A stretch of 64,000 nucleotides of DNA from IMG/VR virus record IMGVR_UViG_3300028173_000001; one strand, given 5' to 3'. The DNA is from an uncultured virus (IMG/VR IMGVR_UViG_3300028173_000001). Its lineage: Duplodnaviria > Heunggongvirae > Uroviricota > Caudoviricetes. Position 1 is the stretch's first letter. Each line of letters opens with the position of its first letter. The position numbers and the translations under genes are program-made. The notes below the pieces were generated by a model, which worked only from the letters and a program-made list of their open reading frames with translations, searched no databases and had not been told where the DNA came from. Below are positions 21,939 to 31,274 of the stretch, one piece after another.

Positions 21939-23228
21939 ATGGCAAAAGTAGTTGGCGGAAGCTTCAAAAGAATTTCACCTGAGGACATCAAGGTCTCTCG
22001 GTCTGTTTTGCATCAACTCGTTGATGTAATCCAGGAAGACGTATCAGGAAGCACCACTCGCCGTGCGTACCAGATTTTTGTAACGGGAGGCATCGGCCCG
22101 GGAGTGACAAGTTCGTTATTCCAAACAGTTTACGACCAAGACTTTACGTTGCAAACTGCCAACCCGGTTATGGACATGACCGTTGGTTTATGGTATAGCG
22201 GTTCTACAGTGCAGGACGCAAAAACCGGTGAGGATTCGGCTGGAAAGTTGCTGTTTCAATCACAAAGTTTGATGATGCGCGAGAAGGTGGACGTTTATAG
22301 GCAGTTTGCGGCGTCATTGCTCGGCGACGCCGACCAAGCATTCTTCTCGCCATTCCAAATCAAGACGACCCCGGGCACCGATACGACCGGCAATCGCATC
22401 GACAATGCACTATTCCTCAACTTCAAGCGACTCTTCACTCGAGATGGAATCAAGCGAGAAACCTTTGCGGTACGATTGTTCCAGAGTGCGTCGGTTGCTG
22501 ACCATGGCGAAGACACATCTCTGATCGGGTACGGCCGCGACAACATCAATCACACGTCAGTTTCAGGCTCCGGTATCTTCACCGACATTGGTGCTAGTAC
22601 AAACCAACGTCGAACATTCGGCGGTGGCGTCGGCGCTATCAAGAACGCAGCCAACACCAACATCAACGCCGGTTTGATCTTCTACGACGCAGGAATGATT
22701 GTACTGGACATGGCGAAGGTGTTCTCAGGCTCACAAAAAATGTCTGGCACAATTGACGCCATGTCCACAGCAGCGACAATCAACGGTGCATCCGTTGCCG
22801 CCGGTAAAATCGTCCTAGGAACGACAGGCTCAGGAGCTGGCAACGACTTGGCAAAGTTCATCCCGGACTTCCTTGTATCAGCCTCAATTGACGATATTGT
22901 TGATCACGTTGCCAACGCTCGTTTCCAATCCGGAACCCTGACGGCAGCAACGTTCCAGAATAGCACTAACATCAACAGCACACTGGTTTTCTGTCGTGCA
23001 ACCGCGGATGAGTTCAATTACTCAACGAACCCAACCTTCGCAGACTCAACCGGTCGAATCCGCGTTGTCGACAGTGGGCAGGAAGACGTCCAGCGAACAT
23101 TTACAATGCCGACGACGGTTGGTCTTCACGACGAGTTCGGTAATCTACTTGCCGTTGCGAAGGTTTCACGTCCCATCGAGAAGAATGATGAGAAAGACGT
23201 GACGTTCAGAATTCGTATGGACTTCTAG
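21939..23228 (+). CDS. Tail/baseplate structural protein with tail-collar-like C-terminus
   Basis: EFNYSTNPTF, TTVGLHDEFGNLLAVAKVSRPIEK..RIRMDF; C-terminus similar to the 27142 protein. Confidence 0.65.
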   Translation: MAKVVGGSFKRISPEDIKVSRSVLHQLVDVIQEDVSGSTTRRAYQIFVTGGIGPGVTSSLFQTVYDQDFTLQTANPVMDMTVGLWYSGSTVQDAKTGEDSAGKLLFQSQSLMMREKVDVYRQFAASLLGDADQAFFSPFQIKTTPGTDTTGNRIDNALFLNFKRLFTRDGIKRETFAVRLFQSASVADHGEDTSLIGYGRDNINHTSVSGSGIFTDIGASTNQRRTFGGGVGAIKNAANTNINAGLIFYDAGMIVLDMAKVFSGSQKMSGTIDAMSTAATINGASVAAGKIVLGTTGSGAGNDLAKFIPDFLVSASIDDIVDHVANARFQSGTLTAATFQNSTNINSTLVFCRATADEFNYSTNPTFADSTGRIRVVDSGQEDVQRTFTMPTTVGLHDEFGNLLAVAKVSRPIEKNDEKDVTFRIRMDF

Positions 23229-23237
23229 GGTATTTTC

Positions 23238-23266
23238 GTGTAATCTTCCTTCCGTCGTGATATAGT
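23238..23266 (+). promoter_or_regulatory. Sigma70-like promoter GTGTAA-N17-TATAGT with extended -10 TG
   Basis: One of five copies with an exact 17-nt spacer. Confidence 0.6.
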
Positions 23267-23277
23267 ACTATTGTACC

Positions 23278-23499
23278 ATGAATCGAAAGGTGAGCATGAA
23301 GAAGGGTGATTTGGTTGCTGTCATGACACGCAGCACCGCAGAGCATTGTGGGTTCGGCCTTTTCATTGCAGTTCATAAGACTGGGACAAGGCTGTCTAGT
23401 CATGGCGGGTACAGTTATGAAACAACCACGGCCCAGGTGCTATGCGACTCAGGATATGTTTGTTTCCCGTCTTGGAAATATGTCGTGTATAACGTGTAA
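23278..23499 (+). CDS. Small hypothetical protein (SH3/KOW-like pattern)
   Basis: MKKGDLVAV pattern; downstream of a promoter. Confidence 0.5.
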   Translation: MNRKVSMKKGDLVAVMTRSTAEHCGFGLFIAVHKTGTRLSSHGGYSYETTTAQVLCDSGYVCFPSWKYVVYNV

Positions 23500-23522
23500 G
23501 AGTCCGAAAAACGTGATATAAT
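23494..23522 (+). promoter_or_regulatory. Sigma70-like promoter GTGTAA-N17-TATAAT
   Basis: The -35 hexamer is the GTG-TAA end of the upstream gene. Confidence 0.65.
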
Positions 23523-23546
23523 TCTTATGTAACCAGGGGAAACCAG

Positions 23547-23666
23547 ATGCTTACGAATGAACATGAAGGACCCCAGAATGACCTGTGTACGCTCCGAATG
23601 ATTTCAATGCATACTAAGGTACCAGGCAGCACAACATACGACCAGGGACAACACCATGTTTCTTGA
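23547..23666 (+). CDS. Possible 39-aa ORF
   Basis: ATG preceded by AGGGG just after a promoter; overlaps the start of the next gene. Confidence 0.25.
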   Translation: MLTNEHEGPQNDLCTLRMISMHTKVPGSTTYDQGQHHVS

Positions 23667-23910
23667 AGAGATTAGCACACATACCATGAGCTGGCACTCA
23701 GCAGATAAGCTGTTGGTCGCTGAGGCATCTGATCTTCGTTGGCCAGGCAATTTCTACTCATGGACCAACGAGCCGATTGTTGTGAGTCATCACACTGGTG
23801 AAAAGAAGATGTTCCAATTCACCGGATATGTCGAGCACATGAATGAAATCCGCGGAACGAAATACAAGAACGAGGAAACTGGCATTTGCTTGCACGTTTT
23901 GAACGACTAG
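23656..23910 (+). CDS. Hypothetical protein
   Basis: 84-aa ORF with AGGGA upstream. Confidence 0.55.
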   Translation: MFLEEISTHTMSWHSADKLLVAEASDLRWPGNFYSWTNEPIVVSHHTGEKKMFQFTGYVEHMNEIRGTKYKNEETGICLHVLND

Positions 23911-23918
23911 AGGTGCCT

Positions 23919-24593
23919 ATGAAAACCATTGAACAGTTACCAGCATGTCATGAACCGTCAGAGATTGAGGTTCGTCATCGTAAGCAGCTTTCCACCATGC
24001 GAGGCTGGCTTGACGGTAAGGGTTATTACAAGGCACTCGAGGCGTTGGAGCTGGTCCGTGCCCTTGAATGCGGAACCCGTAAGGATGGACTGACTCCTAA
24101 GTTTCATCACCAGCTTTCGGTGACCCGGCTATTAACAACCCTCGAGGCGAATTTTATGTTCCCTGAGGATACGCTGGCAGCGGCGATTCTTCATGACGTG
24201 CTGGAAGATCACTCCGAACGTTTCACTCGAAACGATCTTGAGACAAAGTTCGGCGAGCGAGTTGCTACTGCAGTCTGGCACCTTTCGAAGAAATCAGCCG
24301 GTCTTGTCAAGACATACGATTCGTATTTCAGTGAGATGAGTGAGGATCCAATCGCCAGCCTGGTGAAATTGGCTGACCGTGCCCACAATCTCCAAACGAT
24401 GCAGGGCGTTTTCGACGTTCCCAAGCAGAAAAAGTACGTCGGTGAGCTGGACACGTGGTTCTTCCCAATGATTCGGCATGCCCGCCGAAAGTTCCCACGT
24501 CAATACCCGGCGTATGAGAACCTCAAAATCATCCTCCGCAACCAGCGCGGATTGCTTGATGTGTTAATTCACGTCCAGGAAGGTAAGAAATGA
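23919..24593 (+). CDS. HD-domain RelA/SpoT-type hydrolase (small alarmone hydrolase/Mesh1-like)
   Basis: RKDG.TP..HH...V, AAILHDVLED, LSK, LVKLADRAHNL; GAGGTG RBS before ATG 23919. Confidence 0.8.
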   Translation: MKTIEQLPACHEPSEIEVRHRKQLSTMRGWLDGKGYYKALEALELVRALECGTRKDGLTPKFHHQLSVTRLLTTLEANFMFPEDTLAAAILHDVLEDHSERFTRNDLETKFGERVATAVWHLSKKSAGLVKTYDSYFSEMSEDPIASLVKLADRAHNLQTMQGVFDVPKQKKYVGELDTWFFPMIRHARRKFPRQYPAYENLKIILRNQRGLLDVLIHVQEGKK

Positions 24594-24928
24594 AAGTTTT
24601 CGAGCTAAAGGCCGCCGCCGATTGTGAAGGGCGAAGCAGCAAAACAGTAGGTTATTTTCTAAACTACGAGGACGCCGATGTTATCCGCAAATCTGGCTGG
24701 AAGCATGAAGCGATGGGTGGCCCTTACGAAGCCTCTTTTGCGATTAGGGAAGTGAAGGTGTACAGCACTGCGATTCAGTGCATCACTGACCAAAACGTCC
24801 CGGCGACATATCTAAAAGGAGTCCTGGACTCGGGACAACTAAAACATGTTGCCTTGTCGCAAGCGCTGAAGAAACTGACGCCAGACGAGAAGGAACTTGT
24901 GTTCGCATATGTCAAGGAGAATGTGTAA
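24590..24928 (+). CDS. Hypothetical protein
   Basis: ATGA overlap with the upstream gene; C-terminal ALKKLTPDEKEL. Confidence 0.55.
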   Translation: MKVFELKAAADCEGRSSKTVGYFLNYEDADVIRKSGWKHEAMGGPYEASFAIREVKVYSTAIQCITDQNVPATYLKGVLDSGQLKHVALSQALKKLTPDEKELVFAYVKENV

Positions 24929-25404
24929 TGCACGGAAAGTATTCAAGTAATAGTCCGGATAGGCGTGAGCTCCCAATGCATCCCGCCGGGAGACTCTCAG
25001 GTGGCGGAAACCATAAGCGTAAAAAGGTTCACATCCGGCGAAAGAAACGAGATTGCTACGAAGAGGTCAAGGAAGTAGTACAAGCAAAAATTCGAGAATG
25101 GGTTGTCAAAAGCAAAACGAAGGATGACCCATTCGAAGTCCATCATTTTATGCCCCGTGTGACGAAAGAGGGGCTAGCGATCAAGCTTGAAGCATATGAA
25201 AAAGATGTTCACAAGGCATTGATGCGACTGAACCGTGAAGGTCTTGTTTATCAGCGTGCCAATGTAGCGCCGCATAATGCCAGGGCAGGATGGATGTGGT
25301 ACGGTCATGACGAGTCAGCATGGCAGGCATCAACATATAAGATTCGCATCCCAGGTTTCGAACCAGACAAAATGGAGACAAATAACTCCAGCCGAATCGT
25401 GTAA
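24928..25404 (+). CDS. Hypothetical protein, possible winged-helix DNA-binding domain
   Basis: VTKEGLAIKLEAYEKDVHKALMRLNREGLV resembles a wHTH. Confidence 0.45.
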   Translation: MHGKYSSNSPDRRELPMHPAGRLSGGGNHKRKKVHIRRKKRDCYEEVKEVVQAKIREWVVKSKTKDDPFEVHHFMPRVTKEGLAIKLEAYEKDVHKALMRLNREGLVYQRANVAPHNARAGWMWYGHDESAWQASTYKIRIPGFEPDKMETNNSSRIV

Positions 25405-25427
25405 GAGTCATCATATCGTGGTATAAT
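25399..25427 (+). promoter_or_regulatory. Sigma70-like promoter GTGTAA-N17-TATAAT
   Basis: The -35 hexamer is the GTG-TAA end of the upstream gene; extended -10. Confidence 0.65.
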
Positions 25428-25448
25428 TGATGTGTACGGGGGTGAAGC

Positions 25449-25715
25449 ATGACACACGAAGAAAAAACTTGGAAAACTGACGAGTACGGAATTTCCCGCT
25501 GGCATTGTCAGGGCTGGGAGATCACGATCCGGTCAGGTCAGCCTGGCTTCGACATTGAAGGACCAGAGAACATCGAAGTCTGGTGTGGTGACCTCGGCCT
25601 TAGCGCTTTAGGTGAGACGAGCGGACAAGGTTACGCCGGATTCCAGGCGGTAACAGCAGAAATCCCGTGGGCTGTGCTCAAGGAAATCATTGGGTGCCAG
25701 GGAGGGTTAGGATGA
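25449..25715 (+). CDS. Hypothetical protein
   Basis: GGGGTG RBS; follows a promoter. Confidence 0.5.
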   Translation: MTHEEKTWKTDEYGISRWHCQGWEITIRSGQPGFDIEGPENIEVWCGDLGLSALGETSGQGYAGFQAVTAEIPWAVLKEIIGCQGGLG

Positions 25716-26572
25716 AAAACGCACAACGAAACTGGAGTAAGGTTACAAGGGTCACATCCCGCAACATTGAATTTCTGCCTCTTCCAGACAACGATCTGGG
25801 TTTCGTTGTGTGTCGAATGGCATCACGAGCCGAAGATGAATCTCTGGTGAACCTACAGGATGAATCCCAGCGCAAGAAGTATGATGTTGAAATGTCAGAA
25901 GGGATCTGTTTGAAATCAGAGCTCGATGCAATCCTGCGAGGTCAAGGTCAGCTCCGAATGTCGCGCAGCTACTTCACCACGCGTGACGGTAACCATACTA
26001 TTTTCAAGCTTGTCACCCAGGAATATCTCGATATCGTTCAGTCAGTCGGCTATGGGTACATGGACGTTTATGACAAATTGAGTGCTTGTGAGTGTGAGAA
26101 ACCGTTTGCTGCGATTGAGAAAGGCAAAAAGTTGATTTTGATCGAGGAATACAATTACAATCACCTCATTTTTGATGCAAAGGGTTTACCATTACCGGCA
26201 GGTCGTCACTACGACTACATGAATGGTTCATTCACCGAAGGTCGATATGATCTCAAGAAAGCAGCGGAGATTTTGGCTGCCCATCCTGACATCATTTTGG
26301 ATGATCCTGATGATCCGATCCAGCGAGTGCCGTATTACAATGCAGGCGAGCACTGCACCACACACATTCCGTTCAAATGGGTTCCTCCGGTTGACATTTA
26401 TCGCAAGGTCGCCGACTATGAGAAAGGGAAGCCTGGCCAGTTTTCCATGACAAAGGGAAAGGCTGAGTTCGATCTGGACGTATTTGGGTTGGTCGCCGGT
26501 GGCGCCACATTGTACAAGAATTTCGCTGATGACCCGCGATACATGTGGGATGAGGATCAGCATGAAAGATAA
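25712..26572 (+). CDS. Hypothetical protein
   Basis: GGAGG RBS and ATGA overlap place the start at 25712 (MKNAQRNW). Confidence 0.6.
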   Translation: MKNAQRNWSKVTRVTSRNIEFLPLPDNDLGFVVCRMASRAEDESLVNLQDESQRKKYDVEMSEGICLKSELDAILRGQGQLRMSRSYFTTRDGNHTIFKLVTQEYLDIVQSVGYGYMDVYDKLSACECEKPFAAIEKGKKLILIEEYNYNHLIFDAKGLPLPAGRHYDYMNGSFTEGRYDLKKAAEILAAHPDIILDDPDDPIQRVPYYNAGEHCTTHIPFKWVPPVDIYRKVADYEKGKPGQFSMTKGKAEFDLDVFGLVAGGATLYKNFADDPRYMWDEDQHER

Positions 26573-26843
26573 AATGGAAGCTCTTGAAACCCGCGATCTC
26601 GGAAGACGTGAGTATCTAGACGGCATGACCTGGGCAGCGTTAGCTGAAGAGAAATGGGTCGGTGCCAGGAATTTCCGCATCTCCGCAGGACCGACGCCGC
26701 CTCATGTTATGCGTGTACCCGACGGTTGGACTGTCGCTATTGGGCAGGTCGTTTACCACGTACCCGATCCAGGCTATAATTGGTGGCCAGCAGTTGTTGT
26801 ATGGAACAAGAAAGTGTCGGAGTTCCTCGATGAACGAAAATAA
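26562..26843 (+). CDS. Hypothetical protein
   Basis: GAGG RBS before ATG 26562. Confidence 0.45.
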   Translation: MKDKMEALETRDLGRREYLDGMTWAALAEEKWVGARNFRISAGPTPPHVMRVPDGWTVAIGQVVYHVPDPGYNWWPAVVVWNKKVSEFLDERK

Positions 26844-27075
26844 GCTTGTAATTGATCACAAAATATATGCCGGCGTTGAAGCTGCATACAACCGTAACGC
26901 TGCCGGGTGTTGCTTACATATCGTCTTAGATGACTTCAATGTCAACGACGACGACATCATGCACTGCATTACATTCGCCCTAGGCGAGGGTTGCACCGAG
27001 TGCTATATTCTAGCAAATCGGATTCTTTTCTTGTCACATGCACAACGAAAACAATTGGTTGGTGATGTAGATTGA
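26830..27075 (+). CDS. Small Cys/His-containing hypothetical protein
   Basis: GGAG RBS; GCCLHIVLDDFN motif. Confidence 0.5.
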   Translation: MNENKLVIDHKIYAGVEAAYNRNAAGCCLHIVLDDFNVNDDDIMHCITFALGEGCTECYILANRILFLSHAQRKQLVGDVD

Positions 27076-27141
27076 GTTTACTTTGCGCCCGTCGATAATT
27101 AGGATTACACGTTGTAGTGTGCCTGACCGACGGAACTGTAT

Positions 27142-29637
27142 ATGTCAATTATCAAGATCACGAAAGAAAATGTAGAAAGGTATTCGTTACGAGCCGAACC
27201 TGCGCGCACCTACAAATCTGCGTCGCTGGCAATGGTACATGTCACCCCTTCTGGAATCACCGGTGCCCTTCCTTTATTCGCCGATGGCTCATCTGCGTTC
27301 AAGGATGTGTTTTCTGACGTTGGGTTGAATGCTGATCCAGCAAATGATGAACAAGTAGAAAACCTGAGAGCTGCCGCAGTCGAGGCTGCTTCTAACTCTA
27401 TAAACGCTTTCGGCGCTATCGATGCATATATTTCCAAGGTACACGGACTTGTAAGTTCATCACAATTCGACAAGAAGCAAAATGTCATACGATTTGAGCC
27501 TGGAATCAAGATTGATAAGAATTTCCAGCGCAAACGAGTAACGAAGACATCATTGTTTCCATTCTACAGGCATGCATACCCAACTTTGCAATGGGCATAT
27601 TCAAACTATCATTCGCTGAATTTCGTGACATCCTCATACCTTCCCGAGAACACATGCCTGATTTACCCGGCAGGAACTGGAACGGTCGCGCTTGAGGATA
27701 CAAATGTTTACGCCCCAAGTTCCAGTTTCACATTTGATTTCTATGTCAACCCGAGATACACAACTGAGAACGTAGGGGATGAGTACCGACCCGGCACGAT
27801 TTTCCATATGTCGTCGTCATACGCGATTAGTTTGGTGACCGGTTCATCTATTTCATCGAAGACGGCGAAGCCTGATGGTTTCCGTTTGTTGCTCCAATTG
27901 AGCCAGTCGGCAGAAATCAAACCCAGCGAAATAACAATCTCAGGCGATTCAGTTACTGCACCAGGAGCGACTGCTGACCCGGGCTTCTTATTCATGTCAG
28001 ACGACAACTCATTATCCTTCAACAAGTGGCACCATATTGCTGTCCGTTGGGGAGGTGAGAATGTTGCTCGTGGCACCGGATCGTTTGTAATCGACGGCCA
28101 GGAAAAGGGAACATTCCCAATCACAAGCGCTTCAGTCATGCAACCGATTGTAACATCGAATGAGTACCATGATGCTGATGCTTTGTTCATCGGCAACTTC
28201 TATGATGGAAGCAACTACGACACAAAACCGATCGCAGGATATTTCAACCCAACAGCTCACAGGCAATTCGGAGTTCTGAACTTCAACGACGATGATGGTG
28301 CTACAGACCCGACGGATTCATCGTTCAGTCACCCGTTGAATGCTGAGGTTCACGATCTCAAGATTTACGACAATTACCGAAGCAACCAACAAATACTGAC
28401 ATCATCGATGAAAGGTGCCGAATTTAGTGATTACTACATTCATGGTAATGTGACCGGCACGGATCAAAAATTGTCTGGAAGCTCTGCGAATGATGGGTTG
28501 TTATTCTATGTGCCACCATTCTTCGTCAAAGCAGTCCAACCTCGATATGTGAATCAAACTCCATTCTTCTATACGACTGGAACGACAAACGATCCATTCA
28601 ACGTAGCGATGTCATTTGGTGTTGGAGGTCATGAGCTAAACATTCAAAACTTCACTCGTGAGTTTGTTCGTGGAACCACACCGCGGCACCTCGGTCTTGA
28701 AACATCACAAATTGATTCGACGACGATCACACCGAAATCTGCAAACTACTGGATCTACGAATCCGGCAGCCATAGAAAACGAAACTTGTCGATTCTTCCA
28801 TGCGATAACGGAAGGTTCACACCGAATTTCAAAATGTTGCTTTCAGGAAACTTGGACAAAGCTACCAGCGGTTCGATTCTGGACAAATTTAGAAATGATT
28901 TTGGAAATATTGACCTGTCATTGATTACGTTGGAAAATCTGGTCAGCACAGAATTTCTTCCAAAATTTGATGACCAGCAAGGGACGGCAAAACTTATCTC
29001 TGGATCTATTGTTGCTCCGCTAATCGGTCCGACCCCTGAGGATCCTGCTGTTTCTCCCGCGAACATTCTGACAATTCTCCAGCGAACAAAGGACCCGAGT
29101 TCGAATGAAGTTGTGTTCTTTGATGTGTCAAACATGTTCTATGGCGACCAATTGAAACCAAAATCGATTGTGTTGAAGGATTTGGCTGTAACAGGGTCGA
29201 ACGGGAGGGTCCAGATAACCCTGAAAGACGATGGGTATGGTAACCTGTACCGAGCTGATTCGGAGGGCTCACATGCAACCTGGGCGTCGGTTGGAAATGT
29301 GATTTATGAAGAGGGAATCCTCGTTGTCAAATCTCCGAATCTTCCTATGTTTGGTTCTGATGCCTGGGAAATCTCATTTGAAGGCCAGCGAAATATCCAC
29401 GTCCTTGAAGTCAACGTCCCTGTCGACAAGGGTTTCGTCAACTCATCGCCGAACCCGACATACCAGGACATGGTTCCAAGTGATTACCCCAATGAAACGG
29501 CGAAGTCATTTGTATACCTGACGGGAATGCAATTCCATGATGAGAACCTAAACGTTGTAGGTCGTGCCAACTTCGCACAACCTGCAATTAAGCGAGACGG
29601 CGACCGATACGTGGTAAGAGTCCGCCTCGATTATTAA
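27142..29637 (+). CDS. Tail/baseplate structural protein with LamG domain and tail-collar-like C-terminus
   Basis: SFTFDFYVNP, NKWHHIAVRW, LKDDGYGNLY, VGNVIYEEG, HDENLNVVGRANFAQP..RVRLDY. Confidence 0.65.
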   Translation: MSIIKITKENVERYSLRAEPARTYKSASLAMVHVTPSGITGALPLFADGSSAFKDVFSDVGLNADPANDEQVENLRAAAVEAASNSINAFGAIDAYISKVHGLVSSSQFDKKQNVIRFEPGIKIDKNFQRKRVTKTSLFPFYRHAYPTLQWAYSNYHSLNFVTSSYLPENTCLIYPAGTGTVALEDTNVYAPSSSFTFDFYVNPRYTTENVGDEYRPGTIFHMSSSYAISLVTGSSISSKTAKPDGFRLLLQLSQSAEIKPSEITISGDSVTAPGATADPGFLFMSDDNSLSFNKWHHIAVRWGGENVARGTGSFVIDGQEKGTFPITSASVMQPIVTSNEYHDADALFIGNFYDGSNYDTKPIAGYFNPTAHRQFGVLNFNDDDGATDPTDSSFSHPLNAEVHDLKIYDNYRSNQQILTSSMKGAEFSDYYIHGNVTGTDQKLSGSSANDGLLFYVPPFFVKAVQPRYVNQTPFFYTTGTTNDPFNVAMSFGVGGHELNIQNFTREFVRGTTPRHLGLETSQIDSTTITPKSANYWIYESGSHRKRNLSILPCDNGRFTPNFKMLLSGNLDKATSGSILDKFRNDFGNIDLSLITLENLVSTEFLPKFDDQQGTAKLISGSIVAPLIGPTPEDPAVSPANILTILQRTKDPSSNEVVFFDVSNMFYGDQLKPKSIVLKDLAVTGSNGRVQITLKDDGYGNLYRADSEGSHATWASVGNVIYEEGILVVKSPNLPMFGSDAWEISFEGQRNIHVLEVNVPVDKGFVNSSPNPTYQDMVPSDYPNETAKSFVYLTGMQFHDENLNVVGRANFAQPAIKRDGDRYVVRVRLDY

Positions 29638-29677
29638 TTTCCTATACATTTTCTGAGATGACGCTATACTTAGAAAC

Positions 29678-30676
29678 ATGATCATAGAAATAAAACAACT
29701 TCCAAGAAAAAGACCGGGCGCTCCTGGTAATCCACCAACGGTTGTAGTCATCAAATGTGATATTTGTGGTTCGACGTTTGAGCGTGCTGGAAAATATAGA
29801 ACTGCATACGTAAGAGCAAAAATACATCGATGTTCAAAAAAATGTACATACGGTCATCGTAAGTCTGACGGCTTCGGCGGTCACGGTGCAGCAATAACAA
29901 AAGCAAACTGCAGAGATTGCGGAAAACTAATTGAGCGATGGACGTCTCAGGCTGCCCCAAATGAAATTCATGGAAGCTTTTGCAAACCTCAATGTTACGG
30001 ATCATGGAAATCAAAAAACCCAGAAACTTATGCGATTTGGCATGAGAAAAGTATGACGCCAGAAGCCCGTGCAAATATTAGTCGTACAATTCGTAAAAAG
30101 CAAAAAGAAGGGACATATGTTCACCCATGGACAGGTCGAAAGCATAGCGAAGAATCAAAAAAGAAAATGAGCGCCGAGCAACGTAATTCAAATCGCTCGA
30201 AGGGAAAAAACAATCCGATGTATGGAAAGTGCCATACTGTTGAATCTAAGGCAATTATGTCGCTAAAACGTGCAGAAATGATGTTAGCTGGCAAAATAAA
30301 GCCGTACGGAAAAAATCGCCAAGCCGGTGAACACGTTTCACCAAAAACAGGCAAGAAAATGTTCTATCGTTCCGGTTGGGAACTAATAACAATGAACTTT
30401 CTCGACAATGATGATAATGTAGCATCATATGGATATGAAACAATTAAAATTCCATATCGTTACAATGGGGAAAAAAGGTGGTATATTCCTGATTTTTTGG
30501 TTGAATTTAGTGACGGAACAAGACAAATATGGGAAGTGAAACCGTCAATGTTTATAAACACAGAAAAAGTTCAACAAAAAGCATTAGCATCCCGAAAATT
30601 CTGTGAGTCTGAAGGGATCAACGAATATCGATTCATAACAGAACACGATTTACGCGAACTAAAAATTATGTCATAA
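29678..30676 (+). CDS. Homing-type endonuclease (TnsA-like PD-(D/E)xK C-terminal domain, Zn fingers, NUMOD3)
   Basis: CxxC motifs, KHSEESKKKMS, NPMYGK, YRSGWE, WYIPDFLV, WEVKP; AT-rich relative to its neighbours. Confidence 0.75.
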   Translation: MIIEIKQLPRKRPGAPGNPPTVVVIKCDICGSTFERAGKYRTAYVRAKIHRCSKKCTYGHRKSDGFGGHGAAITKANCRDCGKLIERWTSQAAPNEIHGSFCKPQCYGSWKSKNPETYAIWHEKSMTPEARANISRTIRKKQKEGTYVHPWTGRKHSEESKKKMSAEQRNSNRSKGKNNPMYGKCHTVESKAIMSLKRAEMMLAGKIKPYGKNRQAGEHVSPKTGKKMFYRSGWELITMNFLDNDDNVASYGYETIKIPYRYNGEKRWYIPDFLVEFSDGTRQIWEVKPSMFINTEKVQQKALASRKFCESEGINEYRFITEHDLRELKIMS

Positions 30677-30683
30677 TACGTGT

Positions 30684-31274
30684 ATGAAAGTTTTAGGATT
30701 GGACGTTTCAACGTCAAACGTGGGTGTTTGTGTAATTGACACATCGTTACCAATGGAAGATCGTGTTGTCATTGCCGACGGTATTTCGATGACAAAAACA
30801 AAAGGTCTCTATACGAAGTCGTGCATGTTGAGGGAACATCTTTCCGATGTGGCGTACGATCACGAGATTGACGTGATTGTTGTTGAGGAGGCTCTCCAGG
30901 CGTTTAGAAGCAGGATGTCTTCTGCTGGGACGTTGGCGAAGCTAAACCGGTTCAACGGTATTGCTAGTTACCTCGCTCGTTCAATTTTTGATTGCCCATT
31001 ATACCTGGCCAATGTGATTTCCACGAGGAAAGCCGTCGGGTGCTTCGTCAACAGGAAACTACCCCTCAACACGAAAGACCAAGTTTTTGAGTGGGTGAAG
31101 GTTCAACCAGACATGATTTCATACCCATGGCCCACAAAAGTACTCAAAAGCGGGAAGAATAAGGGTATCACACGTAATGAGGCAGTTTGTTTTGACATCG
31201 CCGATGCATATGTTGTTGCTCGTTTTGGCGCCGATGTTTTGAAAACCACAGACATTAGTGATACAAATGTATAG
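30684..31274 (+). CDS. RuvC-like Holliday junction resolvase
   Basis: VLGLDVSTSNVG, IVVEE, DIADAYVVA. Confidence 0.75.
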   Translation: MKVLGLDVSTSNVGVCVIDTSLPMEDRVVIADGISMTKTKGLYTKSCMLREHLSDVAYDHEIDVIVVEEALQAFRSRMSSAGTLAKLNRFNGIASYLARSIFDCPLYLANVISTRKAVGCFVNRKLPLNTKDQVFEWVKVQPDMISYPWPTKVLKSGKNKGITRNEAVCFDIADAYVVARFGADVLKTTDISDTNV

